64,000 nucleotides of DNA from Erysipelotrichaceae bacterium (lineage in GTDB: Bacteria > Bacillota_I > Bacilli_A > Erysipelotrichales > Erysipelotrichaceae), in assembly GCA_963678045.2 (NCBI GenBank), contig CAXXCK010000004.1, positions 17,380 through 81,379 of the forward strand, in the 5' to 3' direction. The notes beneath the pieces were generated by a model. That model had not been told where the DNA came from and searched no databases. It saw nothing but the letters and a program-made list of their open reading frames with translations. Shown here piece by piece: positions 15,621 to 25,646 of the stretch (its first letter is position 1; every line of letters starts with the position of its first letter). Both the position numbers and the translations under genes were made by a program.

Positions 15621-16142
15621 ATGAAAACAAAAGCTGTTATTGTGCTGCCTTATGATCCGCAGTGGGCACTTGAGTTTGAAAAGTTGCGAGCTTTCCTTAG
15701 TTCAGTATGCGGTCCATTGATCGTCGAAATCCATCATGTGGGCAGTACTTCTGTTGAAGGGCTATCCGCAAAACCGATCTTAGATGTCGATGTTGAAATA
15801 CGATCCCTTGATGACTATGAGGCAATCAAAGCCAAACTCGCGGATGTGGGATACTGTCATGAAGGCGATCTGGGAATAACTGGCCGTGAAGCTTTCAAAT
15901 ATGATCACAGTGACTTTATGGCACATCATCTGTATGTCTGTACCAGTGATGCGGATGAACTGAAACGGCATCTCGCTTTCAGAGATCATCTGAGAACTCA
16001 TGGTCAAGACCGCGATACCTATGCCTTAATCAAATTGAATGCAGCTTTGGCCCATCCTTTCGATATCGATGCCTATATGCAAGATAAAAACGAGATCATT
16101 CAAACGCTCTACAGAACAATCGAAGATGAGAAAACGATTTAA
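15621..16142 (+). CDS. GrpB-family protein
   Basis: YDPQWALEFEKLRAFL...IHHVGSTSVEGLSAKPILDVDV is the GrpB signature. Confidence 0.8.
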   Translation: MKTKAVIVLPYDPQWALEFEKLRAFLSSVCGPLIVEIHHVGSTSVEGLSAKPILDVDVEIRSLDDYEAIKAKLADVGYCHEGDLGITGREAFKYDHSDFMAHHLYVCTSDADELKRHLAFRDHLRTHGQDRDTYALIKLNAALAHPFDIDAYMQDKNEIIQTLYRTIEDEKTI

Positions 16143-16199
16143 TTTAATATAAACTAGAATTGACAGAAAAATTGTCATTCAAGACAATATGGAGACACC

Positions 16200-16634
16200 A
16201 TGAACACACTCAATCTAAAAACGATGAGACTAACAGATTATCCACTTCAGACCCAAGACAAAGTCCGATACAGCGATACGGACCGTCAGGGCCATGTGAA
16301 CAATGCCGTTTTTTCCTGTTTTTTGGAGACAGGGCGGGTTGAGCTCTTGTATGATCCAACTCGATTGCTGGCAGCAGAGGGGTGTTCATTTGTCATCGCC
16401 AGTCTGTCGATGAACCTGCTATCTGAACTGAAATGGCCCGGAACGGTTGAGATCGGGACGGCTGTCGTCAAGATCGGAAACAGTTCCATTTCGATGGTTC
16501 AAGGTCTTTACCAAAACAATACTTTGGTAGCCACGGCAGAGACCGTTATCGTTCAGTCCAGTTCGGAAACCAAACGATCTTATCCCTTGTCCACGGAAGC
16601 AAGAGAAATTCTTTCCTCGCTCCTGTTGTCTTAA
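16200..16634 (+). CDS. Acyl-CoA thioesterase (4HBT/YbgC-like hotdog)
   Basis: VRYSDTDRQGHVNNAVFSCFLETGRVELL is a typical 4HBT motif. Confidence 0.75.
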   Translation: MNTLNLKTMRLTDYPLQTQDKVRYSDTDRQGHVNNAVFSCFLETGRVELLYDPTRLLAAEGCSFVIASLSMNLLSELKWPGTVEIGTAVVKIGNSSISMVQGLYQNNTLVATAETVIVQSSSETKRSYPLSTEAREILSSLLLS

Positions 16635-16658
16635 GCTAACTTAAAGAAAAGCCACGGG

Positions 16659-17471
16659 TCATTGACCGGTGGCTAATTTTTTACGAATGCGTCCTGAGAA
16701 ATAATCAATGACCAAAATCACGACGATCAAACCAAACAACAAGGTCCCCGCGTCTTTCCAACGATAGGCGCCCATGGCCGCAATGATCGGATAACCGATC
16801 CCGCCGGCCCCGACCAAACCCAGGATCGATGCGTTTTTGACGTTGATCTCAAAGCGGTAAATGGCGGTGGAAACAAAGTTGGTCATCAGCTGAGGAATGA
16901 TCCCGTAACGGATCTTTTGGACGGTGTTACAGCCTGAGGCATTCAAGCCTTCGATGATGCCCATATCGAGGTCTTCAATCGATTCCGTGAAGAGTTTGGC
17001 CGTCATCCCAATGCCTGACACCGCCAGAGTCAATACCCCGGTAAAAGGACCAGGTCCGGTAACACGGATGAACATCAAACCATAGACGAAAGGCGGGAAC
17101 GTACGGATCACCGCTATGACAAAGGTCCCAACATGAGCCAGCCACTTCGGTACGATGTTTCGGGCAGAGAGAAAGGCAAACGGCAAGGCAAAGAGTGCTC
17201 CGATCAACGTTCCCAAGAAAGCGATCGCGATCGTTTCAAGCAAAAGATAAGGCAAGGCGTTTTTCTTGAAATCCAGGAAATAGCTGAGGTCGGGCTGTGT
17301 GATCCCGTACAGGATACTCTTGGCGATGTTGATGCTTTTCTCTTCGATGCCTTTAAAGGGAATATAAGGAATAGCGGCATAAAAGATGAGACAGATAAAC
17401 AGGAAGATACTGATGTTGAAGATCCAGGTCTTGGGTCTTTTTTTATAGGCTTGAAGAATGGTGTCTTTCAT
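16659..17471 (-). CDS. phnE: Phosphonate ABC transporter permease
   Basis: PhnE-type permease sequence (ETIAIAFLGTLIGALFALPFAFLSARN), in an operon with phnC and phnD. Confidence 0.8.
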   Translation of the reverse strand: MKDTILQAYKKRPKTWIFNISIFLFICLIFYAAIPYIPFKGIEEKSINIAKSILYGITQPDLSYFLDFKKNALPYLLLETIAIAFLGTLIGALFALPFAFLSARNIVPKWLAHVGTFVIAVIRTFPPFVYGLMFIRVTGPGPFTGVLTLAVSGIGMTAKLFTESIEDLDMGIIEGLNASGCNTVQKIRYGIIPQLMTNFVSTAIYRFEINVKNASILGLVGAGGIGYPIIAAMGAYRWKDAGTLLFGLIVVILVIDYFSGRIRKKLATGQ

Positions 17472-17472
17472 A

Positions 17473-18297
17473 TCAGCTCAGCTTCTTTCTGATCAAACGA
17501 CTCAAGGATTCAATGGCGTAGACCGTGACCAAAAGGGTCAATAAGATCATCCCCACTTTATCGTATTGTCTCCAACCCAGTTTTTCATTCAGCAGTAAGC
17601 CGATACCGCCAGCCCCGACATACCCTAAGATGGCTGCAGAACGGACATTCATTTCAAAGTTATACAGGATGAAGGAAACGTATTGGCCCAGGATCTGAGG
17701 CAGGATTGCCACTCTGAAGGCTTTCAGACGACTGGCTCCGCTGGACTCTACCGCTTCAAAGGGTCCCATATCGACCGTTTCAATCAATTCATACAGCATC
17801 TTGGTCATGATTAGCCAGGTAAAGAAAGCGATCGCCACTGTACCCGCAAAACTGCCTAAACCAAAGATGTATTTCGCCAATAAGGCAATGATCAAGATCG
17901 GCAGTGTTCTGATGACACTGAAGACAAACCGATTGGTCCATAAGAAGATCTTGTTTTTGATGATGTTGTCAGAAGACAGGAAAGCCAAAGGCAAGGCAAA
18001 GAAGGCGCCTACCAAAGTCCCTACGATCGACATCATGATCGTTTCGATCATCGGCGGGACGAGTTTGGGGATAAAGCCAAAATCCGGCGGGATCATTCGT
18101 TTGACGATGACAAAGAATTGATATCCGCGCGTAAACAGAACCAAGAGGCTGAAATTCGTGAGATCCATCGAGATCCAAACCAAAACCACCAGGATCGGAA
18201 CGATGTAGACCATCGAACTGCGTTTAGGGGTCACGCTTTTTCCGTTGGCTAAGACGAAGGTCGAGGGAAAAAGGATTTCTTTAAGCCAGGCTCTCAT
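17473..18297 (-). CDS. phnE: Phosphonate ABC transporter permease (paralogue)
   Basis: Paralogous to 16659..17471 (ETIMMSIVGTLVGAFFALPLAFLSSDN). Its start overlaps the phnC stop. Confidence 0.8.
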   Translation of the reverse strand: MRAWLKEILFPSTFVLANGKSVTPKRSSMVYIVPILVVLVWISMDLTNFSLLVLFTRGYQFFVIVKRMIPPDFGFIPKLVPPMIETIMMSIVGTLVGAFFALPLAFLSSDNIIKNKIFLWTNRFVFSVIRTLPILIIALLAKYIFGLGSFAGTVAIAFFTWLIMTKMLYELIETVDMGPFEAVESSGASRLKAFRVAILPQILGQYVSFILYNFEMNVRSAAILGYVGAGGIGLLLNEKLGWRQYDKVGMILLTLLVTVYAIESLSRLIRKKLS

Positions 18298-19064
18298 CAG
18301 TTGATTCCCTTAAGCTCATCGTGCTGTAAACTTCTTCCGTAAATGTTGGTCAGATCATCATTGGTGATGCTTTGGCTGGGACCGTCAAAAACGATCTTGC
18401 CGGCTTTGATCCCAATGATCCTTCGGGCGTATTTCTTGGCGATGTCGACATGATGCATGTTGGCAACGACGGTTATGTTGAATTCCTGATTGATCTTGAC
18501 GAAGTCTTCCATGACTTGCTGAGAAGTCAAAGGATCCAAAGAAGCCACCGGTTCATCGGCTAAGATGATATCCGGTTTCTGAGCCAAGCAGCGTGCCAAA
18601 GCAACGCGTTGGGCTTGTCCGCCCGATAAGGTATCGGCACGCAGATAAGCTTTATCCAGGATACCGACATTATCCAAAGCCGTGAGCGCCAACAGTTTGT
18701 CTTCTTTGGTGTATAAGCCAAGCAGGCTTTTCCCCATAGACATGTCTGCGACTCTGGCCGTCAACACATTCTTGATGACGGTGGTTCTTTTAACCAGATT
18801 GAACGACTGAAAGACCATCCCGATCTTTCTGCGGAATTGCCGTAATTCATTGCCTTTGAGTTTGGAAACATCAAAACCGTTGACGATGATCTCGCCGGAG
18901 GTAATGGTGTGCATCTGATTGATGCATCGGATAAAAGTACTTTTACCGGCACCTGATAATCCGATGATGGCCACGAATTCACCTTGTTCGATCGTACACG
19001 TGACCCCTTGCAGGGCTTTCACGTTTCCGGGGTATGTTTTAACGACATTTCTGAATTCAATCAT
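18297..19064 (-). CDS. phnC: Phosphonate ABC transporter ATP-binding protein
   Basis: Walker A GLSGAGKST, signature LSGGQAQRV, Walker B ILADEP. Confidence 0.85.
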   Translation of the reverse strand: MIEFRNVVKTYPGNVKALQGVTCTIEQGEFVAIIGLSGAGKSTFIRCINQMHTITSGEIIVNGFDVSKLKGNELRQFRRKIGMVFQSFNLVKRTTVIKNVLTARVADMSMGKSLLGLYTKEDKLLALTALDNVGILDKAYLRADTLSGGQAQRVALARCLAQKPDIILADEPVASLDPLTSQQVMEDFVKINQEFNITVVANMHHVDIAKKYARRIIGIKAGKIVFDGPSQSITNDDLTNIYGRSLQHDELKGIN

Positions 19065-19083
19065 GAGTCTTCTCCTTTATAGA

Positions 19084-19117
19084 TAAAAAAAGAGAACGAG
19101 GGAAAACCTCGTTCTCT
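19084..19117 (-). terminator. Stem-loop between phnD and phnC (intra-operon attenuator/terminator)
   Basis: AGAGAACGAGG (19091..19101) pairs with CCTCGTTCTCT (19107..19117). On the minus strand it is followed by TTTTTTA. Confidence 0.5.
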
Positions 19118-19132
19118 TGAAAAACGGTCTAA

Positions 19133-20167
19133 TTACTTACCTGCAACAACGGCTGCTGCAGCACGGGCTGCATCATAGTCGGCATCGGTGACATCTGCGG
19201 TATAACCTTTGTGGCTATAGATCGCGATGGCTGCCTTACCGGCCTCTGTCTTGGCCAATTCGATGAAGGCAACTTTAAGCGCTGCAATGATCTTAGGGGT
19301 CAATTCTTTATTATTGGCAGAATAGGAGATGGTATCATTCATGACGCCAGGCGTAACGAAGATAACTCCGGTTTCATCCCAGATCGGTTTTGTGCGGTTG
19401 AAGCCGCTGTCCGCTGTGGTCTGTGTCCATTTTGTAGCGAAGTCTCTACGGAAATCGGCATAACCCGGAGCGATATCACAAACACCGGCAGCCAAATCAG
19501 CAGCAGCGCCGCCGTAACCGCCAGTGGTCTGATAGTGGTTAGGAAGATCAGCAATGGTCTTTCCAAATTTTTCTTTCAGCCATACGGAAGGATAAATATA
19601 ACCTGAAGCGGAAGTCGTTGAAGAATGGCACCAGATTGCAGTGCTGACATCTTCCCAAGTCAAGGCTGTTCCAGCATTAACTTTGGCTAATAAAGCTTGG
19701 CCCTTAACGGACGGTCCAACGATACCCAAAGAACGGTAATAGGTGACTTGTTCAGTGGTCGGTGTGGTTGCTTTTCCATCATTCCAGTCTTTGGCATTGG
19801 CAGAATCTTTGCTCAAGCCATCGCGTGTCGCAGCCAACAGCAGTTCTGCGCCATCCGTGTGATAAGCAATATACGTATTCGCAGGAATAAAGGCCAAGTG
19901 AGCAGTCCCTGAAGACAGGGCTTCACCCGCGGCATTGTAGTCTGCCGAAACAGAGATATCGACTGAGTTGATCGTGAAGCCTTGTTTGTCCATCTCGTCA
20001 ATGATGAGCTGTTTCAACGGTTCGACAGCGGTCAAAATCGTTGCAGCATCCTTACTAGGAACGAAAATAACGGTCAACTTATCAATCTTCTTGGATTCTG
20101 CAGGTGCACAGGCAGTCAAGCTGACAATGACCATCAGAATAGCGGCTAATCCCTTCAAAAATTTCAT
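19133..20167 (-). CDS. phnD: Phosphonate/phosphite ABC substrate-binding lipoprotein
   Basis: Lipobox LTAC and a PhnD-like core (LTVIFVPSKD...AHLAFIPANTY). Confidence 0.8.
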   Translation of the reverse strand: MKFLKGLAAILMVIVSLTACAPAESKKIDKLTVIFVPSKDAATILTAVEPLKQLIIDEMDKQGFTINSVDISVSADYNAAGEALSSGTAHLAFIPANTYIAYHTDGAELLLAATRDGLSKDSANAKDWNDGKATTPTTEQVTYYRSLGIVGPSVKGQALLAKVNAGTALTWEDVSTAIWCHSSTTSASGYIYPSVWLKEKFGKTIADLPNHYQTTGGYGGAAADLAAGVCDIAPGYADFRRDFATKWTQTTADSGFNRTKPIWDETGVIFVTPGVMNDTISYSANNKELTPKIIAALKVAFIELAKTEAGKAAIAIYSHKGYTADVTDADYDAARAAAAVVAGK

Positions 20168-20275
20168 AATTACCCTCCTGTAAATGAGCCATTTACAGTT
20201 TAATTTTACACTACCTCACAGTCACTTACAATCAATACCCCAATAACTTTTTGTAAATTTGATATAATAAAACCA

Positions 20276-21793
20276 ATGAAAAAGTTACTGAAAATTTACA
20301 TCACGACTGATGTGCACGGAACCCTGCAAACCCTTTCTTATGCGGATGGTTTTGATCGGTTCCAAGGCTTGGCCCGTTATGCCAGCGCACTGAAAAATGA
20401 ACGCAAACATCATGATGTTTTGGCTTTGGATAATGGGGATATTCTTCAAGGTTCTCCCCTTTTGACCTACTTTCAAAAGAAGCACAGAGCGCCTCATTTG
20501 CTGGCAGAAACGATGAATCTGATCGGGATCGATTACTTCAATCTGGGCAATCATGATTTCAATTACGGAAAGCCCATTCTGAATCAGTTTCTGCATGACC
20601 TCAAAGCCCCTTGTCTGACTTCCAACATCACCCTTAACGGCTCCCCTTTCGGTCACTCTCAGATCCTTACCTGGGAAGGTCATTCGATTGGACTCATCGG
20701 AGTCTGTACTGACTATATCCCTCACTGGGAAAGACCCCAACACATCGCAGGCATGACCTTCATCGATCCGATATCAGTTGTGAAGCAGGAACTTGAACGA
20801 ATCAGAGCTCAGGTCGAACTTGTGATCGTGCTGTATCATGGCGGTTTAGAACGGGATCCGCTGACCGGACAAGCCACCGAAGTCCTAACTGGCGAAAATG
20901 TCGGTTATGCCTTGGCCCAACTCGACGGGATCGATCTGTTGATCACGGGTCATCAGCATCGCTCCTTCATCACCACCATCAACAACACCCTGATCACGCA
21001 ATGCGCCTATAATGCCACGGAATTTGCCAAAGTCGAAGTTGACTTCACTTCTATCCCGACCCTTCAGGCCTCTTTAGTCAAGATGAAGGATTTCCCTCAA
21101 GATGAGACCGTCTTGGATTTGATCCAAGACTGGCAAGATAAGACCCAACGCTGGCTTGATCAGCCCGTCGGACATTTAGAAGGCCATGATTATCTCATTC
21201 ATGATCCCTTTGAAGCCAGGCTGCACAAGCATCCGCTGGTCTCGCTGATCAACCAAATTCAATTGGAAGCTTCCGGAGCACAGTTGTCCGGAGTATCCCT
21301 CTTTAATGACCCGGTGGGTTTTAATTCAAACGTGACGACGCGCGATCTTGTCTCCACCTATGTTTATCCAAATACCTTGGTCGTCAAACAGATCAACGGT
21401 GAAAAACTCAAACTTTATTTGGAGAAGTGTGCGGAATACTTCACCCTTGATAAGGACCTGATCACAGTCAATCCGGAATATGACGCACCCAAAGCGCAAC
21501 ACTTCAATTACGACATGGTCGACGGGATTACCTACACATTGAAGATAGGCAATCCGATCGGTCAGCGGGTGATCGCTTTGACCTATCAAGGTAAGCCTGT
21601 CTTGCCTGCAGACACCTTCTCCTTGGTCATCAACAATTACCGGGCCAATGGCGGAGGCAACTTCGACATGATCGTATCCTGCCCCACTTTAGCGGAGATC
21701 AATCAGGATATGACCGACATCATGGCCACCTACTTCGAATTGCATCCAAGCCTTACGCCAAGCCATCAAAACAACATTGTTATCATTCCGTGA
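20276..21793 (+). CDS. Bifunctional metallophosphatase/5'-nucleotidase family protein, with no signal peptide
   Basis: Motifs TTDVHG, DNGDILQG, GNHDF, YHGG and GHQH, plus a C-terminal 5'-nucleotidase domain. Confidence 0.75.
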   Translation: MKKLLKIYITTDVHGTLQTLSYADGFDRFQGLARYASALKNERKHHDVLALDNGDILQGSPLLTYFQKKHRAPHLLAETMNLIGIDYFNLGNHDFNYGKPILNQFLHDLKAPCLTSNITLNGSPFGHSQILTWEGHSIGLIGVCTDYIPHWERPQHIAGMTFIDPISVVKQELERIRAQVELVIVLYHGGLERDPLTGQATEVLTGENVGYALAQLDGIDLLITGHQHRSFITTINNTLITQCAYNATEFAKVEVDFTSIPTLQASLVKMKDFPQDETVLDLIQDWQDKTQRWLDQPVGHLEGHDYLIHDPFEARLHKHPLVSLINQIQLEASGAQLSGVSLFNDPVGFNSNVTTRDLVSTYVYPNTLVVKQINGEKLKLYLEKCAEYFTLDKDLITVNPEYDAPKAQHFNYDMVDGITYTLKIGNPIGQRVIALTYQGKPVLPADTFSLVINNYRANGGGNFDMIVSCPTLAEINQDMTDIMATYFELHPSLTPSHQNNIVIIP

Positions 21794-21861
21794 ATATTTT
21801 GTCAAGGTCATGAAAATGCCTTATAATAGGGATATAGTTTAACCACAACAGGAGGTTACAT

Positions 21862-22419
21862 ATGGATTATTTAGGATACATCATTCTAGCTGTCGTCGTT
21901 GTCATCGCATTTTGGGTGATGGGAGCTTACAACGGCCTCATTACCATCAGAAACAAAGTTGAAGAAGCCTTCTCTACGATGGATGTGTATTTGGTCAAAC
22001 GTTATGATTTGATCCCGAATCTGGTTGAAACCGTCAAAGGGTATGCCAAGCATGAAAGAGAAACGCTGGATGCGGTCATCAAAGCCCGTAATGCGGCTCA
22101 GTCTTCCGGAACCATTGACGAAAAGATCGCCAACGAAAACGTTTTGGCTGGTACCTTAGGAAAATTGTTTGCCTTAGCTGAAGCCTATCCGGACCTCAAA
22201 GCCAATGCCAACTTCATGGATCTTCAAGGACAATTGAAATCTTTGGAAGAAGACGTTGCCAATGCCCGCAAATACTACAACGGCGCTGTCCGTCAGTACA
22301 ACACCCAGATTCAAGTCTTCCCGACCAACATCTTGGCTGGACTGTTCAAATTTACAAAGAAACCGTTGTTTGAAGTTGAAGAAGAATCTCAACGCAAGGC
22401 TGTCAAAGTTCAGTTCTAA
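21862..22419 (+). CDS. lemA: LemA family protein
   Basis: N-terminal TM helix followed by YNGLITIRNKVEEAFSTMDVYLVKRYDLIPNLVETVKGYAKHE. Confidence 0.85.
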   Translation: MDYLGYIILAVVVVIAFWVMGAYNGLITIRNKVEEAFSTMDVYLVKRYDLIPNLVETVKGYAKHERETLDAVIKARNAAQSSGTIDEKIANENVLAGTLGKLFALAEAYPDLKANANFMDLQGQLKSLEEDVANARKYYNGAVRQYNTQIQVFPTNILAGLFKFTKKPLFEVEEESQRKAVKVQF

Positions 22420-22441
22420 AAAGGGAGCCACTCCCTTTTTT
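22418..22441 (+). terminator. Stem-loop after lemA, ending 6 nt before the next start codon
   Basis: AAAAAGGGAG, loop CCA, CTCCCTTTTTT. Confidence 0.5.
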
Positions 22442-22447
22442 ATCACC

Positions 22448-24364
22448 ATGAAAAAGATAGCACTTGCGCTTAGTGTCTTGCTTGGTTTGTTCTTTTCTAC
22501 CCTCAGTGTTTCTGCCATTGATACCGGGGCCGCCATCAATACGATGACTGTCACGATGGATGTCAATGAAAACGGCTTGGTAACCATTGACCAGACCATG
22601 GTCATCGATTTTACCGGCAGCAACATCCATGGGCCTATCGTCGTCCTTCCTCAGTCCTATGACACCACATGGACGATCAACGGGGAAAACATTCAAAGAA
22701 GTTATTACTTTCCGGTCAGAAACATCACTGTTTATGATAGGCCTTATAAAACGGAATCCGGCAACAACGATAACTTTCTGATTTACATCGGTGATGAAAA
22801 TCAGACGGTCAGCGGAATCCAGAATTATCATTTCTCTTATACGATTCAACTGCGTGATTTTGACCTTAACGGTCTACAGGCATTTTATATGAACATCGTA
22901 GGAACCGGCTGGCAAGATCCGATCGGGGTGGTTAATTTCAGCATCACCTTGCCTAAGACCTGGCCAACAGATCCTAAGTTCTATGCCGGTCCGCAAGGAA
23001 GCAACACCGAAGTCGATGTCAACCCGGTCTTCAGTAACGGTAACAGAACCCTTTCCGGATCGTATGATTTGGGAATGACGGTCTATAACGGTCTTACGGT
23101 TTATGAATATCTTACGGATCAGGGTGATTATTTCACGTTCATCGCAGCCCCTGATTATACACCCTTTGCTTTGATCGTTCTGGCAGGCTTGACCCTCATT
23201 CTGTTTCTGGTTTTCCAGAAATTCGGAAAAGACGATAAACCGGTCATCACGGTCGAATTCAATCCGATCAAGGGGCTCAGTTCTTCTCAAGCCGGTTATA
23301 TCTATGACGGAACGGTTGACACACGGGATGTCGTTTCACTCATCATCGAGTGGGCCAACAAAGGCTATCTGGACATCACCGAGGATGAGAATAAGAAAGA
23401 AAACTTTACCCTCACCAAATTGAAAGAAATGGATGAGTCTGAAATCAGAGCCGAAAAGACCCTCTTTAAAGCCTTGTTTAACGGACGACAGAGCGTCACC
23501 AACAAGCAGCTTCAAAATACCTTCTATCAAAACGTGGCCAACGCAAAAGCGGATATTGCCCGATACTTCTACGGAAATGCGCAACATGCGATCTTCAGTA
23601 AGAAAGCCACCGCTTTCAAACTCCTGTTTGGGATCTTAACGATGATTCCGGCAGCGCTGATCATTGCCTCCTCCGTGTATTCCGCCACTTACCGCGAAGA
23701 AATCGCGCTGGTATCTGGCGTTGCCATCTTTGTCTTGGGGACGATCTTAGTCTTTCTCTGGTCTTTGACCGCCAAACGCTGGCCGTCATTGCGTAAGTTT
23801 GAACGTTTCCTATCGATGTTCAGCTGCATCGCGATCTCAGTGATCTTCGGATTGATCTTCATGATGATCCCGCTGTTTTCCGGGTATAAATTCGATACCT
23901 TGTTTATGATCAAACTCGTGGTGACCTTCGGCTTTAGTGCCGTCAACATCGCCATGGTGGCGTATATGGATAAGCGTACCCCCTTGGGTGTCGAGTATCT
24001 TGGAAAAGTCTTGGGCTTGAAACAATTCATCGAAACGGCTGAAAAAGACCGTTTGGAAATGCTGGTTCAGGATGACCCATCTTATTTCTATAAGTTATTG
24101 CCTTATGCCTATGTCTTCAACGTGACCGATGTCTGGAGCAAGAAGTTTGAATCGATCGCGATCGAACCGCCTAATTGGTATCATGGCGGAAACAATTTGA
24201 ATACGATGTTGTTTATGAGTCGTTTCAATCACACGATGACCACCATGAACAGAAGCATGACCAGTATGCCGCAAGCCAGAAGCAGCGGCGGTGGCAGCTT
24301 CGGCGGTGGCGGTGGCGGCTTCTCCGGCGGCGGTTTCGGCGGCGGCGGCGGCGGTCACTGGTAA
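22448..24364 (+). CDS. DUF2207-like membrane protein with a Gly-rich C-terminal tail
   Basis: It has a signal peptide (MKKIALALSVLLGLFFSTLSVSA), an extracellular domain and several TM helices. The tail is SSGGGSFGGGGGGFSGGGFGGGGGGHW. I moved the start from track 22256 to ATG 22448. Confidence 0.75.
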   Translation: MKKIALALSVLLGLFFSTLSVSAIDTGAAINTMTVTMDVNENGLVTIDQTMVIDFTGSNIHGPIVVLPQSYDTTWTINGENIQRSYYFPVRNITVYDRPYKTESGNNDNFLIYIGDENQTVSGIQNYHFSYTIQLRDFDLNGLQAFYMNIVGTGWQDPIGVVNFSITLPKTWPTDPKFYAGPQGSNTEVDVNPVFSNGNRTLSGSYDLGMTVYNGLTVYEYLTDQGDYFTFIAAPDYTPFALIVLAGLTLILFLVFQKFGKDDKPVITVEFNPIKGLSSSQAGYIYDGTVDTRDVVSLIIEWANKGYLDITEDENKKENFTLTKLKEMDESEIRAEKTLFKALFNGRQSVTNKQLQNTFYQNVANAKADIARYFYGNAQHAIFSKKATAFKLLFGILTMIPAALIIASSVYSATYREEIALVSGVAIFVLGTILVFLWSLTAKRWPSLRKFERFLSMFSCIAISVIFGLIFMMIPLFSGYKFDTLFMIKLVVTFGFSAVNIAMVAYMDKRTPLGVEYLGKVLGLKQFIETAEKDRLEMLVQDDPSYFYKLLPYAYVFNVTDVWSKKFESIAIEPPNWYHGGNNLNTMLFMSRFNHTMTTMNRSMTSMPQARSSGGGSFGGGGGGFSGGGFGGGGGGHW

Positions 24365-24429
24365 TTGACCATATTAAAAGCAGGATCCAAACGTGAAGTA
24401 GTAAAGGAAAAGTAGACAATTTAAGAAAG

Positions 24430-25269
24430 CTAGAACCCCTGTTCAAATTTGTATTGAATAGGGGTTTTATACTGTAGTGAAAATGCAGGTCTGCAGTGGT
24501 TGAAATGATAAATATAGTCATTGATCGTTTGATAGATGTTTTCCGATTTATAACTATTGAAGTCATAATATAGTTCCTCTTTGACCCATCCATTAATGGC
24601 TTCTATGATTGGGTTATCAGTCGGGGTCCCGCTTCGACTCATTGAACGAATGATGTTATACTTTGAATGAGCCTGATTAAAGGCTCGGCTGGAGTAGACT
24701 GCCCCTTGGTCCGTGTGAAAGATTGTGGGGTAGGCTATTCCTTTTATTTGGTTTATAAGCTGATTTAAACAGTCAAAATAGGGTTTTCTGTCACCTCTTT
24801 TTGCTGAGAGTGATGATGCTATGATCTCATTGTTAAAGGTATCCAAGATATAAGTCCATTCGTATAAATTTCCTTTGTTTCTAATGATCGTCATATCCGA
24901 TACTACGATCTCCAACGGCTTTAAAGCACTCCAGTTCCCTTGAACTAAGTTCTTGTATCTTAGATGCTCTTCGCCTGTATTCTTGTATTTGTAATGGTTT
25001 GCTTTTGATTTTATACCCAGGTATTTTGCGCACTTATGCACTAATAAATCTGAAACCATCCATCCCGTTTCTTCCCTGATCCGTGTTGAAATCCGATGAT
25101 ATCCATAAGTCCTGTGTCGCTTATGCTGCTGCTGGATAAGCAGGCTGAGATCTTGGCGATCCTGTTCGAATCGATTGATTTTATCTCTTCGTTTTAACCA
25201 CTTGTAATATCCAGCTCGTTTCAGCCCCATTTCTTTCAAAATATGACTTATCCTGTATTTCCTTGTCAA
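24430..25269 (-). CDS. IS3 transposase OrfB (DDE/rve domain), expressed as an OrfAB fusion by -1 frameshift
   Basis: Integrase core (HTDQGAVYSS...SRSGTPTDNPIIEAING). The -1 frame is open from the A7 site, as I confirmed by translating ...KKRIPSERSWFTQGIRYHIRQEYQIAYTLTRKYRISH. Confidence 0.85.
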   Translation of the reverse strand: MTRKYRISHILKEMGLKRAGYYKWLKRRDKINRFEQDRQDLSLLIQQQHKRHRTYGYHRISTRIREETGWMVSDLLVHKCAKYLGIKSKANHYKYKNTGEEHLRYKNLVQGNWSALKPLEIVVSDMTIIRNKGNLYEWTYILDTFNNEIIASSLSAKRGDRKPYFDCLNQLINQIKGIAYPTIFHTDQGAVYSSRAFNQAHSKYNIIRSMSRSGTPTDNPIIEAINGWVKEELYYDFNSYKSENIYQTINDYIYHFNHCRPAFSLQYKTPIQYKFEQGF

Positions 25270-25277
25270 TGTGTAAG

Positions 25278-25646
25278 CTATTTGATACTCTTGCCGGATA
25301 TGGTAACGTATTCCTTGTGTGAACCAACTCCTTTCACTTGGTATCCTTTTTTTAGGCGTTCAATCTCGATCTCTTTCTTCATCAGTTCGAGTTTTAATCG
25401 CTCAACCTCACTGAGATGCTTACTGATGTGTAAGGCTGCGAAGGGATTGCCTCGTTTCCTTGGTTTAAGTCCAATTTCACCCTCGCTAAGGTATCGTATG
25501 AGCCATTTCTCATACAAACTGGTACTTAAATTGTACTCTTCCATAACGTCTGCTTTTGTATACCCTCCTTCAAGATGTTTCTTAACCACCATAACTTTAA
25601 ACTCGATGCTGTGTTTTCTGTTTTTGCCACCTTTGGGTCTTCCCAT
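25278..25646 (-). CDS. IS3 transposase OrfA (HTH)
   Basis: MGRPKGGKNRKHSIEFKVMVVKKHLEGGYT... followed by a leucine zipper. The slippery site A AAA AAG lies at 25347..25353 (minus strand). Confidence 0.85.
   Translation of the reverse strand: MGRPKGGKNRKHSIEFKVMVVKKHLEGGYTKADVMEEYNLSTSLYEKWLIRYLSEGEIGLKPRKRGNPFAALHISKHLSEVERLKLELMKKEIEIERLKKGYQVKGVGSHKEYVTISGKSIK

Noticed and set aside
22256-22447. N-terminal extension of the DUF2207 ORF, overlapping lemA by 164 nt
   Set aside because: The extension is out of character (a Pro/Ser/Thr/Arg-rich peptide) and crosses the lemA terminator hairpin. A classical signal peptide starts at ATG 22448.
24095-24593. Arg-rich and Ala-rich ORFs (24095..24358 minus, 24175..24396 plus, 24225..24593 minus), and the GGC/GGT repeat as a microsatellite or CRISPR-like array
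   Set aside because: All are alternative-frame readings of the repeat that encodes the Gly-rich tail of the DUF2207 protein. The repeats are imperfect triplets with no spacers.
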